From assembly GCA_030704615.1 (NCBI GenBank), contig CM060731.1:26722001-26786000 (forward strand): a DNA stretch of 64,000 bases, given 5' to 3'. A program made the translations under genes and the position numbers. The notes beneath the pieces were generated by a model. It was not told the origin of the DNA and did not search any database. It saw nothing but the letters and a program-made list of their open reading frames with translations. Positions 14,404 through 27,800 of this stretch are shown piece by piece; within the stretch, counting starts at the first letter, position 1, and every line of letters begins with the position of its first letter. Source of the DNA: Takakia lepidozioides. Its lineage: Eukaryota; Plantae; Bryophyta.

Positions 14404-16070
14404 GGTTACCTCCTCCAACATACTTCTGTGATCTAGATCTAGGATTTGCGAATCGCTCATGAAGGGATTTTCTGAAAAAACAACTCACATCGCAGAGTAT
14501 ATGTTGCCCTCACAATCCATTACATGCACAGTGTGCATCAGTGTTGTAGGTTAGAGAAAACAATTCTCTTAATATCCAAAGAGCAACTTGGACTTCCTTC
14601 CAACTCTGATATGGCCCTTCAATCTCATGCTGTAAATTTTGTCACTGCCAAAAATAGAAACATTACACCTCCAATTCTCAACCATGTTCCAATTGTGATT
14701 TAGGTGACATAATTTTGATTCATTTCTCGATTATGGAGGCTTGCAGTTAGTTTACTATTAGTGAAGTAGGTGGATACTGGATACAAGGCAAAGCCTCCAT
14801 ACCCCTGGGGACCAATATGCAGGAAAAAATTGTAATAATTTATTGTCTAATGATTTAAGATTATTGTCCTACTAAACAAGCATTAATTTTTCCTCCTCAA
14901 GGGCGTGAATTGTGGGCTGTCGTTCCCAGATTCCCTTTAAAACAAAACAAAAAAACAGACTTCAAATCCCTCCTTGCCTGAAGCCATCAAGGGAATGTTG
15001 GCTAGACGAAGGCTTTTTTAAATGTATCTAGCCCCTAAAGGACTTTTTGCCACAATCCAGAAGTAAACCCTGAAGATAAATTATACATGTTAGGGAGCAC
15101 ATGTGTGAATTTACAACGCCCTAAAATAACGAGCTTCTAGTCGCATATGGCTCCTCTTTGTGAATAGTGAAATCTACTTTCATCTATAACAAACTTGAAA
15201 ATTCATCTATTTATTTCTCATAAGTTATTCAATACCAAAGATATAACCTGAGAGAGGTGTTACCTGGAGAAGGTAGGAAGGAGTTTTCAACAAAGAGAGG
15301 AGGTGACACCTGGGGAAGGCACAACTAAGGCATTGAATAAAGAATAAAAAGGAGCCAATAAAAGCTCAGCTCCCTAGAATTGCCAACGTTGGAGCTGAGC
15401 AGCTGCAATGTTGAGCACCGTTGACCTGCCCATGTGGCAGGCCAAATGGGTAATCTTGTAAATAACCTCTAGGGCTGAGAAATTATCATAATGCCAAAAC
15501 ATTTGGACAAGGCACTGTAAAATATTACTGTGTACTTACTTACCAGGGGAACTAGAAAACAAGCCTCAAATGGCAATTGGCTCTCTTGCTTTGCTTTGGC
15601 ACAACATAAGAGGAAGGTAAGACTAGGGAGCATGACTCAGCACAACAACCAATGAGCGCCTTGACACGGTGTAAGGTCCTTTGACTACAGTTTCTCCAAT
15701 GACTTGCATGTCTCTGCAAAGTCTCGCTCTACAAGAGAACCAACAAATATCACCTCATGGATGTACTTGGGAAAGAAGCCAAAACATGACAATTCATCCC
15801 CCCAGATTCCACATACAAAGCAGCCTATCTCAACTTTTGGAATGTTGGTCTGATTTTTGGGGGATGCAATCCTTTAGGTGCCATATAATCAGATTATGAG
15901 GGGCCTATGTTTGGGAAAATTCAACTTGATACTTGAATTGTGTGGTCAACCCATTTTTTCCATGCAATTTTCGAATACATAGTTGCAAAAAAACATGCCT
16001 CATTTTTGGAAGGTATTTGAAATTTAAATTTCAAATTTCAAGTTTCAGACAAACTTGCACATGTCAACTC

Positions 16071-18735
16071 CCTTTTTTCTTTTCTTTTTTAACATAGCAA
16101 GGGACAGTGGCCCTGGAAATTTATTAATGGATGATTGAAAATGCAAGGAAGTGGACAAAATAACCACCCTAGGGCCATGAAGGCTTACTGCGGGGATACC
16201 ACCCCGTGACCAAAGCAACCATTAAGAAGAGTTCAAACAATCCGCCAGAGATCAGAAAGCGGAGAGTGATCAGACAGGTTAGAGCAACCTACAAGTGTTT
16301 GGCTTACAAGGATTGCATGCCAGGGGGGGGGGGGGGGGGACTAAGAGGAATTCTAAAGGGGAGAGGAAGAGAAGAGCACTGAAGCTGCGAGATGCAAAAC
16401 TAAGTGCTAATACCAGAAAAAGACACAGGTCCTCGGTGCCTAAGAACAGCCTTCTGGTGAACTCTCCGAGGAGGCGGAGCACCTGACCGATTCCCCTGAT
16501 AAATCAAGTTGTGCTTTGGACTTGGAGTCTCTTGCACGTTTGTGGCGCCAATTGAAGTCCCGCTCCTCCCCGTCACCTGGAGATTTCCCATTGTTCGGGG
16601 AAGGTGTTTTTCCATTGCATTGCAGTGTCGGATATATGGGTGCCGAGGAGGCCATCCTTGCACCAGGCGTCTCTGGAGAAGCTACAACATGCGTCGTTCT
16701 GAAGCTCGGGGAAGAGCTGCACACAAGGCCAACCAGGCTTTTTTCCCCTCAATCATCAGGTCAATATACACTTGAAACAGTATTGGTCTGAGACTGGGGG
16801 GTTTGCCCCGATAGATCCATGCACATCTGGATTTCCACAGTGCCCATAGGGAGTGAGCACGTAAAAAACCCCACACTGGGCAATGAAGCATAGGTCTGTC
16901 CTGCCTATAACTGAGAAGAATGAGAGAGGAAGGGGGGGAAGGGGGAAGGGATTCCCAATTTGAGTAGAAGTTCATGAAGACCAATGACCAGACTTTCTTT
17001 GCTTAAGGACATGTAACCAGGCAGTGTTCTAGAGTCTCCTGGATTCCTGAGCACATATCACAATCCAGATTGTCAGATTTCATAAACACTTTGACTGGCA
17101 GGATGTGATGAGCAATTTTCTAGAGAAATGTTGAAACCTTAGAGGCACGGTCCTTGCGCCAGATTTCCTTCCAAATCTGAGCCCAATTGACCTGCCCACT
17201 AAGAAGCGAACCCCATTTTTTCTCCTACTTAGTGGAGAAGGATTGAGCAGGTGAGAGAAGGGAGTAGCCCAGCTTTACTGTGTAGGCGAAAAAAAGGGAG
17301 TGGGCTCTGTCCATCCACGACTGCTCATCGGGATCAAATTGCAATCCTGCAAAAGGCAGAGATAAGAACCAATTGAAATGAGAATGATGGGCCCAGTGGC
17401 TTTCTTGCCCCATTGGGGGCAGGGGATTGGCGTTCTCTGATGTACAGTCAATGATCCTTACCCGGTAGAGGTCGGTTTTGTATGAGGACCAGGCCCCCCG
17501 CCTTGAGCGCTTTGAAGCTTATGCCTGCAGCCTACTTCCGTTAGGTATCCAGGAAAGAGCCAAAAGAATATTCCCAGGGCTCTCCCCAGTGCTACCAAAC
17601 CAGGTAGGCAGGGTCCATTCCTTTTGAACTCCCTGCAGTAAGAATCGAATGTATAGAGGTATCTGAGAGGTAATGCAAGGCCAAGAAACAGTGGAACTGC
17701 GAGCTGAAGCAATGAGAGGGGTGGGAATGAAATCTCCATGTTCCCAAATATTGGCCATGTGCACGAATCCTTCTTTCTCCCAGGCTGCCCATTTAGGGAC
17801 CAAGGGCAACAACATATCTGAATCAATGTTATAGTTGCCAAAGATGGGCTAGTGTATAGCTTCTTCAAAGTTGGACGGCATCCTTTGCGTGAGGGAGGGC
17901 CTAAGAAGGTTCCACGCATTCCAGATTGATCTCCAAGGCCTAGACCCTGCTGGAGTGGAGTGGCCTTTGCCCTACACAATCCACCTCGAGGAGGGCTGCC
18001 AGTTTGGGGAAGAACGAGGAGTTGCCTCCACCATGTGTGGGCGCACCAATCTACTCCATGGGCTGTGAATATGTGATAGGGCCCTTGGCATCCATTTTGC
18101 AAGTAGGGCGGTTATCTGCGAAGCAGGGTCAATGATCCCTAGGCCCCCTTGACGTTTAGGTTGGCAGACTTGCTTTCCACGAACCTAGGGCTCTTCGTTG
18201 CGGGTTGGCTGGAGTTGCTCCCCACATGAAGTTGCGGAACATTGACTTAACACGTTTAATGAGTTCAAGGCCCGGGGCCCATACCGCTGCTGGAGATTAA
18301 AGCCGAAAGAATTTGATTGAGCACCAAAGCTCTACCAGCCAGCGACAGCATGGATGAGCTCCAATAAACCAGCTTTTGCTTCAGCTTTTTCAGAATCCCA
18401 AAGAAACGCTGCTCGTCCGTGAGATGATGCCCAATTTGATACCCCAGCAGCGTATGGGAGGCTCCATCAGGTAGCCACCAAAGACCTATCTCCTCCCCCC
18501 ACGCCTGGCAGTGGTGTGCTGCAGCATTGTTCTGAAGCAAAGAGAGCATTCCTACAGACTTGTCCCAGTTCACCATTAGCCCAGAAGCCAAACAGAACTG
18601 ATTCAAGGCTGCTAGCTCTCAATATTGTCCAAGCGAGAATTATCAAGCAGAAGAGTGTCATCAGCATACATAGATAGCTTAACCATTGAGGGTTGATCTG
18701 GCTGAGCTGGGGGAAGGTGTAGTAACCCTGCAAAG
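16071..18735 (-). mobile_element. L1/Tx1-type LINE, 3' part (RT YADD motif, C-terminal zf-RVT region, poly-A-like tail); degenerate
   Basis: SMYADDT, GLMVNWDKS, LSLAGRALVLNQIL, ETLEHCLVTC and LWKSRCAWIY fragments. A T-rich tract at 16073-16090 corresponds to the 3' A-tail. Many frameshifts. Confidence 0.85.
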
Positions 18736-18737
18736 CT

Positions 18738-20908
18738 TTTATTTACAAACTGACATGAGGTAATTGTACAAAGTATGGAAAGTTCCCATAGCAAGGGAAG
18801 AGTTAACATAAAGAAACGAAAAAGAAAGCATATCAAGCTAATCAAACCGAATGATCATCCCATCCAACTGCCTGAATGACATCAGACAAAGATTGGGTGT
18901 GACATCGGGAAGAGCAAGAAGATAAGACGAAGCCACGCCAGCTACAGTAGCCCGATGCAAGATGGACATAGCCTGTGCCCTCTATAGTGCTACGGAAACC
19001 CGTTGTCTATAGAAAGCTACGAAGACAGAAGCATGGGGAATGCCATTGATCTTGTTCTTAGCAGCATGATGAGTACAAGTACGAAGAAAGTCGTCGAACT
19101 GACGATGAAGACATCCAAAGATCTCCACAGCCTGTGGAAGGAACACATCTGTAGGATGACGGTCTTGATAGTCTCGTTGCTTGGTCTGTGCAGCAATCAA
19201 AGTGGCAGTGCCTTGGAAAGAGGCCGAGCGAGAAAGTAAGTCGGATCGAGTAGGATCGGCAATGACAACATCTGCAAGGGTAGGGGTGCGAAAACCATCT
19301 CGAGATTAAGACGATTCTTGTCGAACTTCACCGACGATGTGAACTGAGGCGTACGAGAGGGAAGCATTGTAAGTTTGCTCCCGCAATACATGGAATCCAG
19401 CCTCTCGAGCAACAGGGCGGACGGCCATACCGCACAACATCATGGGTGTTGTACGATCTCCTCCACATGGACAAAACGGAAAAGGAGGATGGAATAGCAA
19501 GGTGGATCGATGGGTTTGGTGAAACAAACACAGCGCTAGCAAAGCACAAAAGGATGTGGGTAAGCCAAGACGAATGCGGAGAAGCCGTGCAAAGATTGGA
19601 GACGACAAAGCGAAACTGATTGTGTCGTGTGATAGTGGGGCTTTGCGATAAGCCACGCACCCGCCCCTGGTCCCGCGCAAGATAAGAGGGGCCCTGGCAT
19701 GATGCACATCAGAAGATGCATCAAAAGCAATGCTAGAAAAGGTTTTGTTGGTGCACGCGGATCCACGATGGTCTCCTGGAGATGGTCCAGCCCTGAGTAA
19801 CCAGCCCATCATTATGGCGGAAGGCAAGGCCCGCACTGATGGATGAAGAAGGTCCCGTGCAGATCGGAGATGTTGTTGGAATGAGAGAGAGTGAACTGTT
19901 ATCACGTGAGGCAAATGTTATCCATGAGTACGGGGCCACTGGTCACATAGAAACTAGGGAACGCAAGGGAGTGGAGCAACCAGAGCCCAACTGCCGAGGG
20001 AAAAGCACAAGGAGCACGGGTGGGTGGCAAGTGGAGAGTGACCCACTCCGGCAACGGACAAAGGTAAGGTGGCTTGTTTGCCGAGGTAAATCCCCTGGGA
20101 AACCATCCCAGGAGCCACCAGGGCCCCAGGTAAACGACCAAAAACCCCATAATGTGAGCATCAAACTGCAACAGGGACAGCAGGAATTCAGCGGTAGGTG
20201 GAAAAGACCATAAAAGGTACGATGGTCGTTGAATGAAACACCTTGTGAGAATACCATAGGCGAACATGTAGATCCCCCAAGCCTAGGAAGGAGCCGAATG
20301 GGAGATGTCTCTTGACAGTGCGTCTTTCCAGGAAAGTTGAAGTAAGTGATGAGGGTGGTGCCAAAAGGGAACGCCCAAGATCTGGATGCCGTCAGGATGG
20401 GTATAAGAAAAAGGGCAGGGTGGCGAAAAGCCAGATGGTTAAACCGGATGGAGAACCACACCGGACACACTTGCGAGGTGGAACTGAAGAGCCCCACAGA
20501 GTGCAACTGGGGGTGATGAAATGACTGTAAGCCGAGAGGACCTCGGATGCCGGACCAACGATGTGGGTGTCATCTGCAACAGAAGGGAATAGACAAGAAG
20601 GACATGCTTGCAGACGACGTAAGATGCCGCACATGTGCCATGGCAAAAAGAGGACCCCCTAATGGATCGCCTTGACGTGTGCCCACCTCCGACTGTATGA
20701 TATTGTAGTCGCCTGTGCGAGAATGGTGACTGTAAAAGAGGGGAGCACCAGACGCATAGAACAGTCTGACAAAAGGGATAAGCTAATGAAAATCACCTCC
20801 AGCAGAACGGAGCTCCTAAAAGATGGCAGCGCGTGAAACAATGTTGAAGGTGTTGCTGACATCGACTTGAAGGACAACCCAGTCAGGATGAAGGTCTATA
20901 ACTGCCTT
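18738..20908 (-). mobile_element. CRE-like (RLE-type) non-LTR retrotransposon, 5'-truncated, nested in the L1 RT; degenerate
   Basis: VLQVDVSNTFN, GTRQGDPLGGPLF and ADDTHIVGP RT motifs. C-terminal CPCGG...HDVVR knuckle, ADVVIADPT, FLPQAVEIFG and RQRVSVAL (RLE region). Ends in AATAAAA. The host L1 reading ...HLDRK|ALQG is split across the two junctions. Confidence 0.75.
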
Positions 20909-21769
20909 TCGGTCCAAATGGTGGCCCAACGTATCCACTGCAATTAAAAAGAGAAAAAGGGCCAATGGACAACCTTGGCAAACTGATCTGGAGAGGGGGA
21001 AGGATTCAGAGATTACCCCATTAATCATAACCTTACTGGAAGCAGAAAAGAGAAGGATTTTAATCCAATCAAAGAACGCTCCAAAAAATCCAGCCTTTGC
21101 CAAAGTTCTAAGCAGAAAATCCCAGTCTATGGAATCAAAAGCTTTAAAATCGAGCATAAGGAATGCCAGAGGCTGACAATTCATCTTAGCTAGGTGCAGG
21201 GCTTCGTGAGCCAGAATGATATTATCCAAAATCATCATATCTTTAATGAATCAAGTCTGGTCTTTCCTTATTATTCTAGGAAGCATGGGCAGGAGTCTCA
21301 TTGCCAAAGCCTTCACGATGATTTTGTATGTAGAGTTCAAGAGAGTTATAGATCGGTAGTTGGATATATGCTGCCTATCGACCCCCTTCTTAAAGATGAG
21401 CGTGGTTAGCCCCTCCGACATCTGTGAGGGCATAATCCCTTTGCAGAGGATGTCATTAGCCATTCCCAGAAAATCCTCCCCCACAATGGGCCACAAGGCC
21501 TTAAAGAATTCCCCAGGCACTCCATCAAGGCCAGGCGCCTTTAGAGAGGCCAGAGCCTCCACTACTTGCCCTGAAGGGAGCAGCAAGGCTTGATTTGTCT
21601 TCGTAGCAAGGGACGTTGCAGAGCAATTCCAGCTTGGCATTTTCCCGATCCAGGGAAGAAGGCCATTTTTCAAACAACTTTTGGAAAAAACCGGCAGCCA
21701 TTTTGGACATGATTCTGGGGGAGGAAGAGGAATTTCCCAAGTCATCAGTTAGAGAAGGAACCAGGTTAG
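20909..21769 (-). mobile_element. L1/Tx1-type LINE ORF2, 5' part of RT (continuation of the 16071-18735 element)
   Basis: KAPGLDGVPGEFFK, NYRSITLLNSTYKIIVKAL, LDFKAFDSIDWDFL and VCQGCPLALFLF. Confidence 0.9.
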
Positions 21770-24220
21770 CAGGGATAGAGACCTGCGTCGGTGGACACTG
21801 GCAGTATCGCTTATTGTTGCATGAAACTATGCTTAGTTGTTTCATACATGCTCCCAAATCTGGTCTCCCAACTGTAGCAATGGTGTTCTGAAGTGGGTGG
21901 CCTCCGTCCCCAAACCTTGAACTCCAGCATGCACAAACCGATGTTATCGTGTGAGGGAGTCAAGCCGCATCAATCAGTAAACGACATACCCAAATACCCT
22001 TACAATCACTATATGAACTTTCAAGCAGCCACCATGGGATTGGATCTTGGTGGGTTAAGGATAGCTTTTGACAATATTCATGCAAGTTTTTGACATCAAG
22101 GAGGGAGAAGGGTGCGGCATGGAAGGAGTATTGGACTTGTGGCTTAAGAACAGATTGAATCCAAAGCCACACCACAAGAAAGAAACAAACATGTGCAAAT
22201 TTAAGATGCTGAACGAACTTGTGCACAGGGCTGCCCCTCTAATCAAGCTCATCAAAATTCGTATTTACTTCCATCTTCAAGCTTTGGAGATATCGGACTG
22301 CAATTGCTCGGCCAACAATCTTTGAGATGAATTTGGTAGAGGTGTGACAGTCACCACACACTCAAAGATTCTTGATGAGACAGAGAGGCGTCCTAGGGGT
22401 CGTGCTGATCAGCCCAAAACCAATGGCCAGCTTCTCACTGTGGTGGCAAAGAGAAAATTCCTTTTCCTCCTCCCCACATCATGCAATACAAAGCGCATGT
22501 CAGGCACATACCCCGCCTCCTTCATCTGCCCAAGACAATCTTCTCAGCTCAGCATGGATTTCCTTATATTCTGGGATGCAACTTGTCATCTACAACGAAG
22601 GTGTACACCCTGTTGCCAACCTCAATGCAGCAGCGACCTGGCTCCTTTCTCACCCCTCTGACCTTCATCATTCTTCTCACCTTTGCAGTATCATCCCACC
22701 TGCCACTGCAGCATAGATGTTTGAGAGCAACACATAAGTCGCGGCATCCTGTTCATCCCACGTGAGGATAGATGTTGCTGCACATTCAGCCATCTCCACA
22801 TTGCCATGGATTCTGCAGGCACCAAGCAAGGCCTTCCACAGCACAGCATCTGGATTGATGGGCATTTTGTTAATCAGGTCCACTGCCTCATCCAGTTGTC
22901 CCGTACATCCAAGAAGGTCCACCATGCAGCCAAAGTGCTTTACTGTCGGAGTGCACCATGTCTTGACTCAGGGAATCAAAGTTGCGTCTTCCTTCATTAG
23001 GCCAGCGTGGCTGCATGCAGAGAGAACGCATATAAAGGTGACACTGTCCGGCTTCAAGCCGTTCTTTTGCATTCCTTCAAATAGTTGCACGACCTCCCTA
23101 CGACAACCATGCCGTGCATATCCTGCAATCATCGCGTTCCAGGACACCACATTTCGTTCAGCCATATTGTCGAACACTCCCTCTGCATCCTCGATGCACC
23201 CACATTTGGCATACATGTCCACGAGGGTTCAGACTCACATCTGGTACAATTCCAGCTTTGGCGATGCAACCATGCACCTCTTTTCCCTTTTCCACGGCTG
23301 CAAGGCTTGCACACGCACTGCAAACACACACAAACGTGATGTGGTCGGGCTTCACCCCTTCCCCCATCATTTGCTCATAGGTCTCCAAAGCCTCCATCCC
23401 GCGCCCCTGCTGTATATCCCCTGCAAGCATCGCGTTCCACGACACCACATTTCGTTCAGCCATATTGTCAAACACTCCCTTTGCATCCTTGATGCTCCCA
23501 CATTTGGCATACATGTCCATGAGGGTATTGTTCAGGATCACATCTGGTACAATTCCAGCTCTGACAATGTCGCCATGCATCTCTTTGCCCTTTCCCAGGG
23601 CTGCAATGCTTGCACACGCACTGCAAACACACTCAAACGTGATGTGGTCGGGCTTCAACCCTTCGCACATCATTTGCTCATACGTCTCCAAAGCCTCCAT
23701 CCTGCGCCCCTGCTGTGCATACCCTGCAAGCACCGCGTTCCACGACACCACATTCCGTTCAGCCATATTGTGGAACACTCCCTTTGCATCCTCAATGCTC
23801 CCACATTTGGCATACATGTCAACCAGGGCAATGTTCAGGATCACATCTGGTACGATTCCAGCTCTGACGATGTCGCCATGCACCCTTTGCCCTTTTCCAG
23901 GGCTGCAAGGCTTGCACACGCACTGCAAAAAGCAAACAAAACGTGATGTGGTCGGGCTTCACCCTTCGCACATCATTTGCTCATACGTCTCCAAAGCCTC
24001 CATCCCACGCCCCTGCCCTGCAACCATCGCGTTCCACGACACCACATCTCGTTCAGCCGTACTGTCGAACACTCCCTTATTGACGATGTCGCCATGCACC
24101 TCTTTGCCCTTTTCCAGGACTGCAAGGCTTGCACACGCACTGCAAACGCACACAAACGTGATGTGGTCGGTCTTCACCCCTTCGCACATCATTTGCTCAT
24201 ACGTCTCCAAAGCCTCCATC
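21770..24220 (-). pseudogene. Inverted partial copy of the PLS-PPR-DYW gene (about 3.5 PLS triplets, P2L2S2, E1/E2, truncated DYW, 3' flank)
   Basis: Reverse-complement match to ~26540-29928, including the 3' non-coding flank. Has internal deletions and lacks ~29175-29488, so the DANRFHHF...CSCGDYW terminus is missing. No N-terminus. Confidence 0.88.
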
Positions 24221-24849
24221 ATTTCGGACAGCCCTGTTGATGTCCATTGTCCACCGGCTTTAGCTGATTTTATTTTTTGAACGACTTGGGGTACATATGG
24301 AACGTGAGAAAAACTTAAATGCCAAGACCCAGGGTAAAAGACTCTGGCTGCTCAGCGCCTTCCTCCCTGGTTGTTTTTAGAGACCACTCTACAATCTCCG
24401 GACTGCAAACGTAAGCTGGGTTAGCATCTATGGAAGTCTGGACATGTTCGTTGTTCCTCATCGGGTAGAGCCCAATGGAGGCCAAAACAACTTGCATGAA
24501 TGTTGTTGAAAGCTCACTAGCACCCCTCAGTAAAGGACCTTGTCAAAATGTTGATGCCGTCGGATTTTCGAGCACAAACCTCTACCTTGGAGCACGGAGC
24601 AGAGCTGGCATGAGTTTTTTAAAGATCCTTCATGATGGTGGGCCAACCGCAACAGCAAGGTGTGGCTTTTTCTTAATGTACGATGTGAAGAAGTTTGTCC
24701 ATCCTGCAAATGTGGGCGCTTGGCTCCTGTTAGTACCATGATTTGGTATTTGCCTGATGTTTACAAGGTTCTTGGGAGTGTCAGCTTGGTCCTAGAAGGC
24801 CGTGTTTCAATCTCTGCCTGCTCAGCTGCACCGTGGTGGTTCTCACAGA

Positions 24850-27800
24850 CCAATCCGACATTACCTGACTACAGACACAAGCAGCACACACAAGAGGTCC
24901 TTTTGGGTTGATGGTCGGTCAAATCCTCCATGGTCATGACACAAGGTCAAGGACAATGTGGTGAGGGCACCTTCTTCTTCGACCTATTTCAGCCTGTTTT
25001 GCGCTCTCATCAGACTCGGCCTATGAATTGGCATATTGAATATGTTGTCTGCATCCAAGTTGTAGCCTTTCATTTGCCATATGTTGCAGTGGATCTGTGG
25101 TGGTTTGGAATGACTTTGACAAGTTAGTGCCGATGTGGCAGCAGGAAAGTGTCCAAAAAAAGATAACAGAGATGAGGAGAAGCTTTGGAATGAACACTTC
25201 TCCGACCCCAGTCAATGGTGGGACAATGGAGACAAAAAGGTGAATGCCTGTTGGAAGCAGATGCAAGTCAGCATAGGAATTAGTGTGATAAGTATGGTTG
25301 GGGTGTTTGCTGGAAGAATTCTAGGCTGTCATTGGCAGTTGCTAGCAGCAAGGCAAGGATGTATGCATGATTTGTGCAGTGGCATGGATAGCTGAAGGAG
25401 CAGGGATGGAGTGTGGGTCCAGATTCATCCAAGAGGGCCAGATTTCAAGCACAAGATTACCTACGATTCCCTGTGGATCAATAGCTACAAGAAACCTCCA
25501 TGGGTAGATGGTCAACTGGAAGCCGCAGCAGCAACGGCACAATTGATAAAATCAGGCACCGCTAATGAAGGCACCTTCTTCAACACATTTCACCCTGTTT
25601 TTCCCTCTTATCACAACCGGCCCTAGCATTCCAGGTTGATTTCTGCAAGTTAGCTGGTTGAGTGAATCTAGTTTGGAGTGGCTTTGACATGATACTGCCA
25701 ATGCGACAACAGGAAACTATCGAAAAACAGGTAACAGAGAGGAGGAGAAGCTGTGGAGTGAATACTTATCTGACCCCAGTCAATGGTGGGACAACCGAGG
25801 CCAAAAGGTGAATGCCTGTTAGATTACAGAAGAGTAGCACTCGCAGTTCAGCGTAGGAACTAGTGTGATAAGCTGAGTTGGGTGTTTCCTAGAACAAATC
25901 TAGGCTGGTCAGTTAGAGCTAGCAGCAAGGCAAGGATGAATGCATGATTTGTGCAGAGGTGTGGATAGCTGAAGGGGCAGGGGTAGAGTGTGGGTACAGA
26001 TTCATCCAAGAGGGCCAGATTTCAAGCACAAGCTTACCTATGATTTCCCTGGATCAATAGCTACAAGAAACCTGCATGGGTAGATGGTCAACAAAAGGCA
26101 GAGCAGCTGCAGCGGCACAGTTGATAAAATCAGGCACCTCAACCATGACCACAGCTTCTGGAAGAGGATCAAGAGAGGGTGTCCACAATGCCTCTTCTGG
26201 CACTTCTGGGCATGTGAAGATGCTTTGTGAGGCAGGCAGACTGAAAGAGGCTCTACAGACTTTAAACCAAGGAGGAATTTCAGCAGATTCAGAAACGTAT
26301 GTCTGTCTCTTGCATAAGTGCATCAAGGTGAAAGGCCTGGAAGCTGGAAAGCAGGTGCACACTCACATTATGCAAAGTGGATTCACGCCAAATATTTTTC
26401 TCCTCAACACCTTGTCAAATGTATGTTAAGTGCGGGAGCATCATGGATGCTCACCAAGTGTTCAACACTTGCATCAACGATCTTGATCACGTGGAATATA
26501 ATGTTGGCAGGATTTACCAAGCATGGGTGTGGTAGGAATGCTTTGGAGACCTATGAGCAAATGATGGGGGAAGGGGTGAAGCCCGACCACATCACGTTTG
26601 TGTGCGTTTGCAGTGCATGTGCAAGCCTGGCAGCCCTGGAAAAGGGGCAAAGAGGTGCATGGTGACATCGTCAGAGTGGAATCGTACCAGATGTGATCTG
26701 AACACTGCCCTGGTGGACATGTATGCCAAATGTGGGTGCATGAGGATGCAAAGGGAGTGTTCAACATATGGCTGAACGAAATGTGGTGTCGTGGAACGCG
26801 ATTGCTTGCAGGGTATGCACAGCAGGGGCGTGGGATGGAGGCTTGGAGACCTATGAGCAAATGATGTGCGAAGGGGGGGTGAAGCCGACCACATCTCGGT
26901 TTGTGTGCGTTTGCAGTGCGTGTGCAAGCCTGGCAGCCCTGGAAAAAGGCAAAGAGGTGCATGGCGACATTGCAAAGCTGGAATTGTACCAGATGTGATC
27001 CTGAACAGCCCTGGTGGACATGTATGCCAAATGTGGGAGCATCGAGGATGCAAAGGGAGTGTTCGACAGTATGGCTGAACGAGATATGGTGTCGTGGAAC
27101 GCGAGTTGATGCAGGTATGCACAGCAGGGGCGTGGGATGGAGGCTTTGGAGACTTATGAGCAAATGATGTGCGAAGGGGTGAAGCCCGACCACATCACGT
27201 TTGTGTGCGTTTGCAGTGCGTGTGCAAGCCTGGCAGCCCTGGAAAAGGGGCAAAAGAGGTGCATGGCGACATCGTCAGAGCTGGAATCGTACCAGATGTG
27301 ATCCTGAACACTGCCCTGTGGACATGTATGCCAAATGTGGGAGCATCGAGGATGCAAAGGGAGTGTTCCACAATATGGCTGAACGAAATGTGGTGTCGTG
27401 GAACGCGATTGCAGGGTATGCACAGCAGGGACGCGGGATGGAGGCTTTGGAGACGTATGAGCAAATGATGTGCGAAGGGGTGAAGCCCGACCACATCACG
27501 TTTGGTTTGGTGTGTTTGCAGTGCGTGTGCAAGCCTGGCAGCCCTGGAAAAGGGAAAAGAGGTGCATGGCGACATCGTCAGAGCTGGAATTGTACCAGAT
27601 GTGATCCTGAACACTGCCCTGGGGACATGTATGCCAAATGTGGAGCATCGAGGATGCAAAGGGAGTGTTCCACCAAAGGCTGAACGAATTGTGGTGTCGT
27701 GGAGTGCGATGATTGCAGGGTATGCACAGCAGGGCGCGCGGGATGGAGGCTTTGGAGACCTATGAGCAAATGATGGGGGAAGGGGTGAAGCCGACCACAT

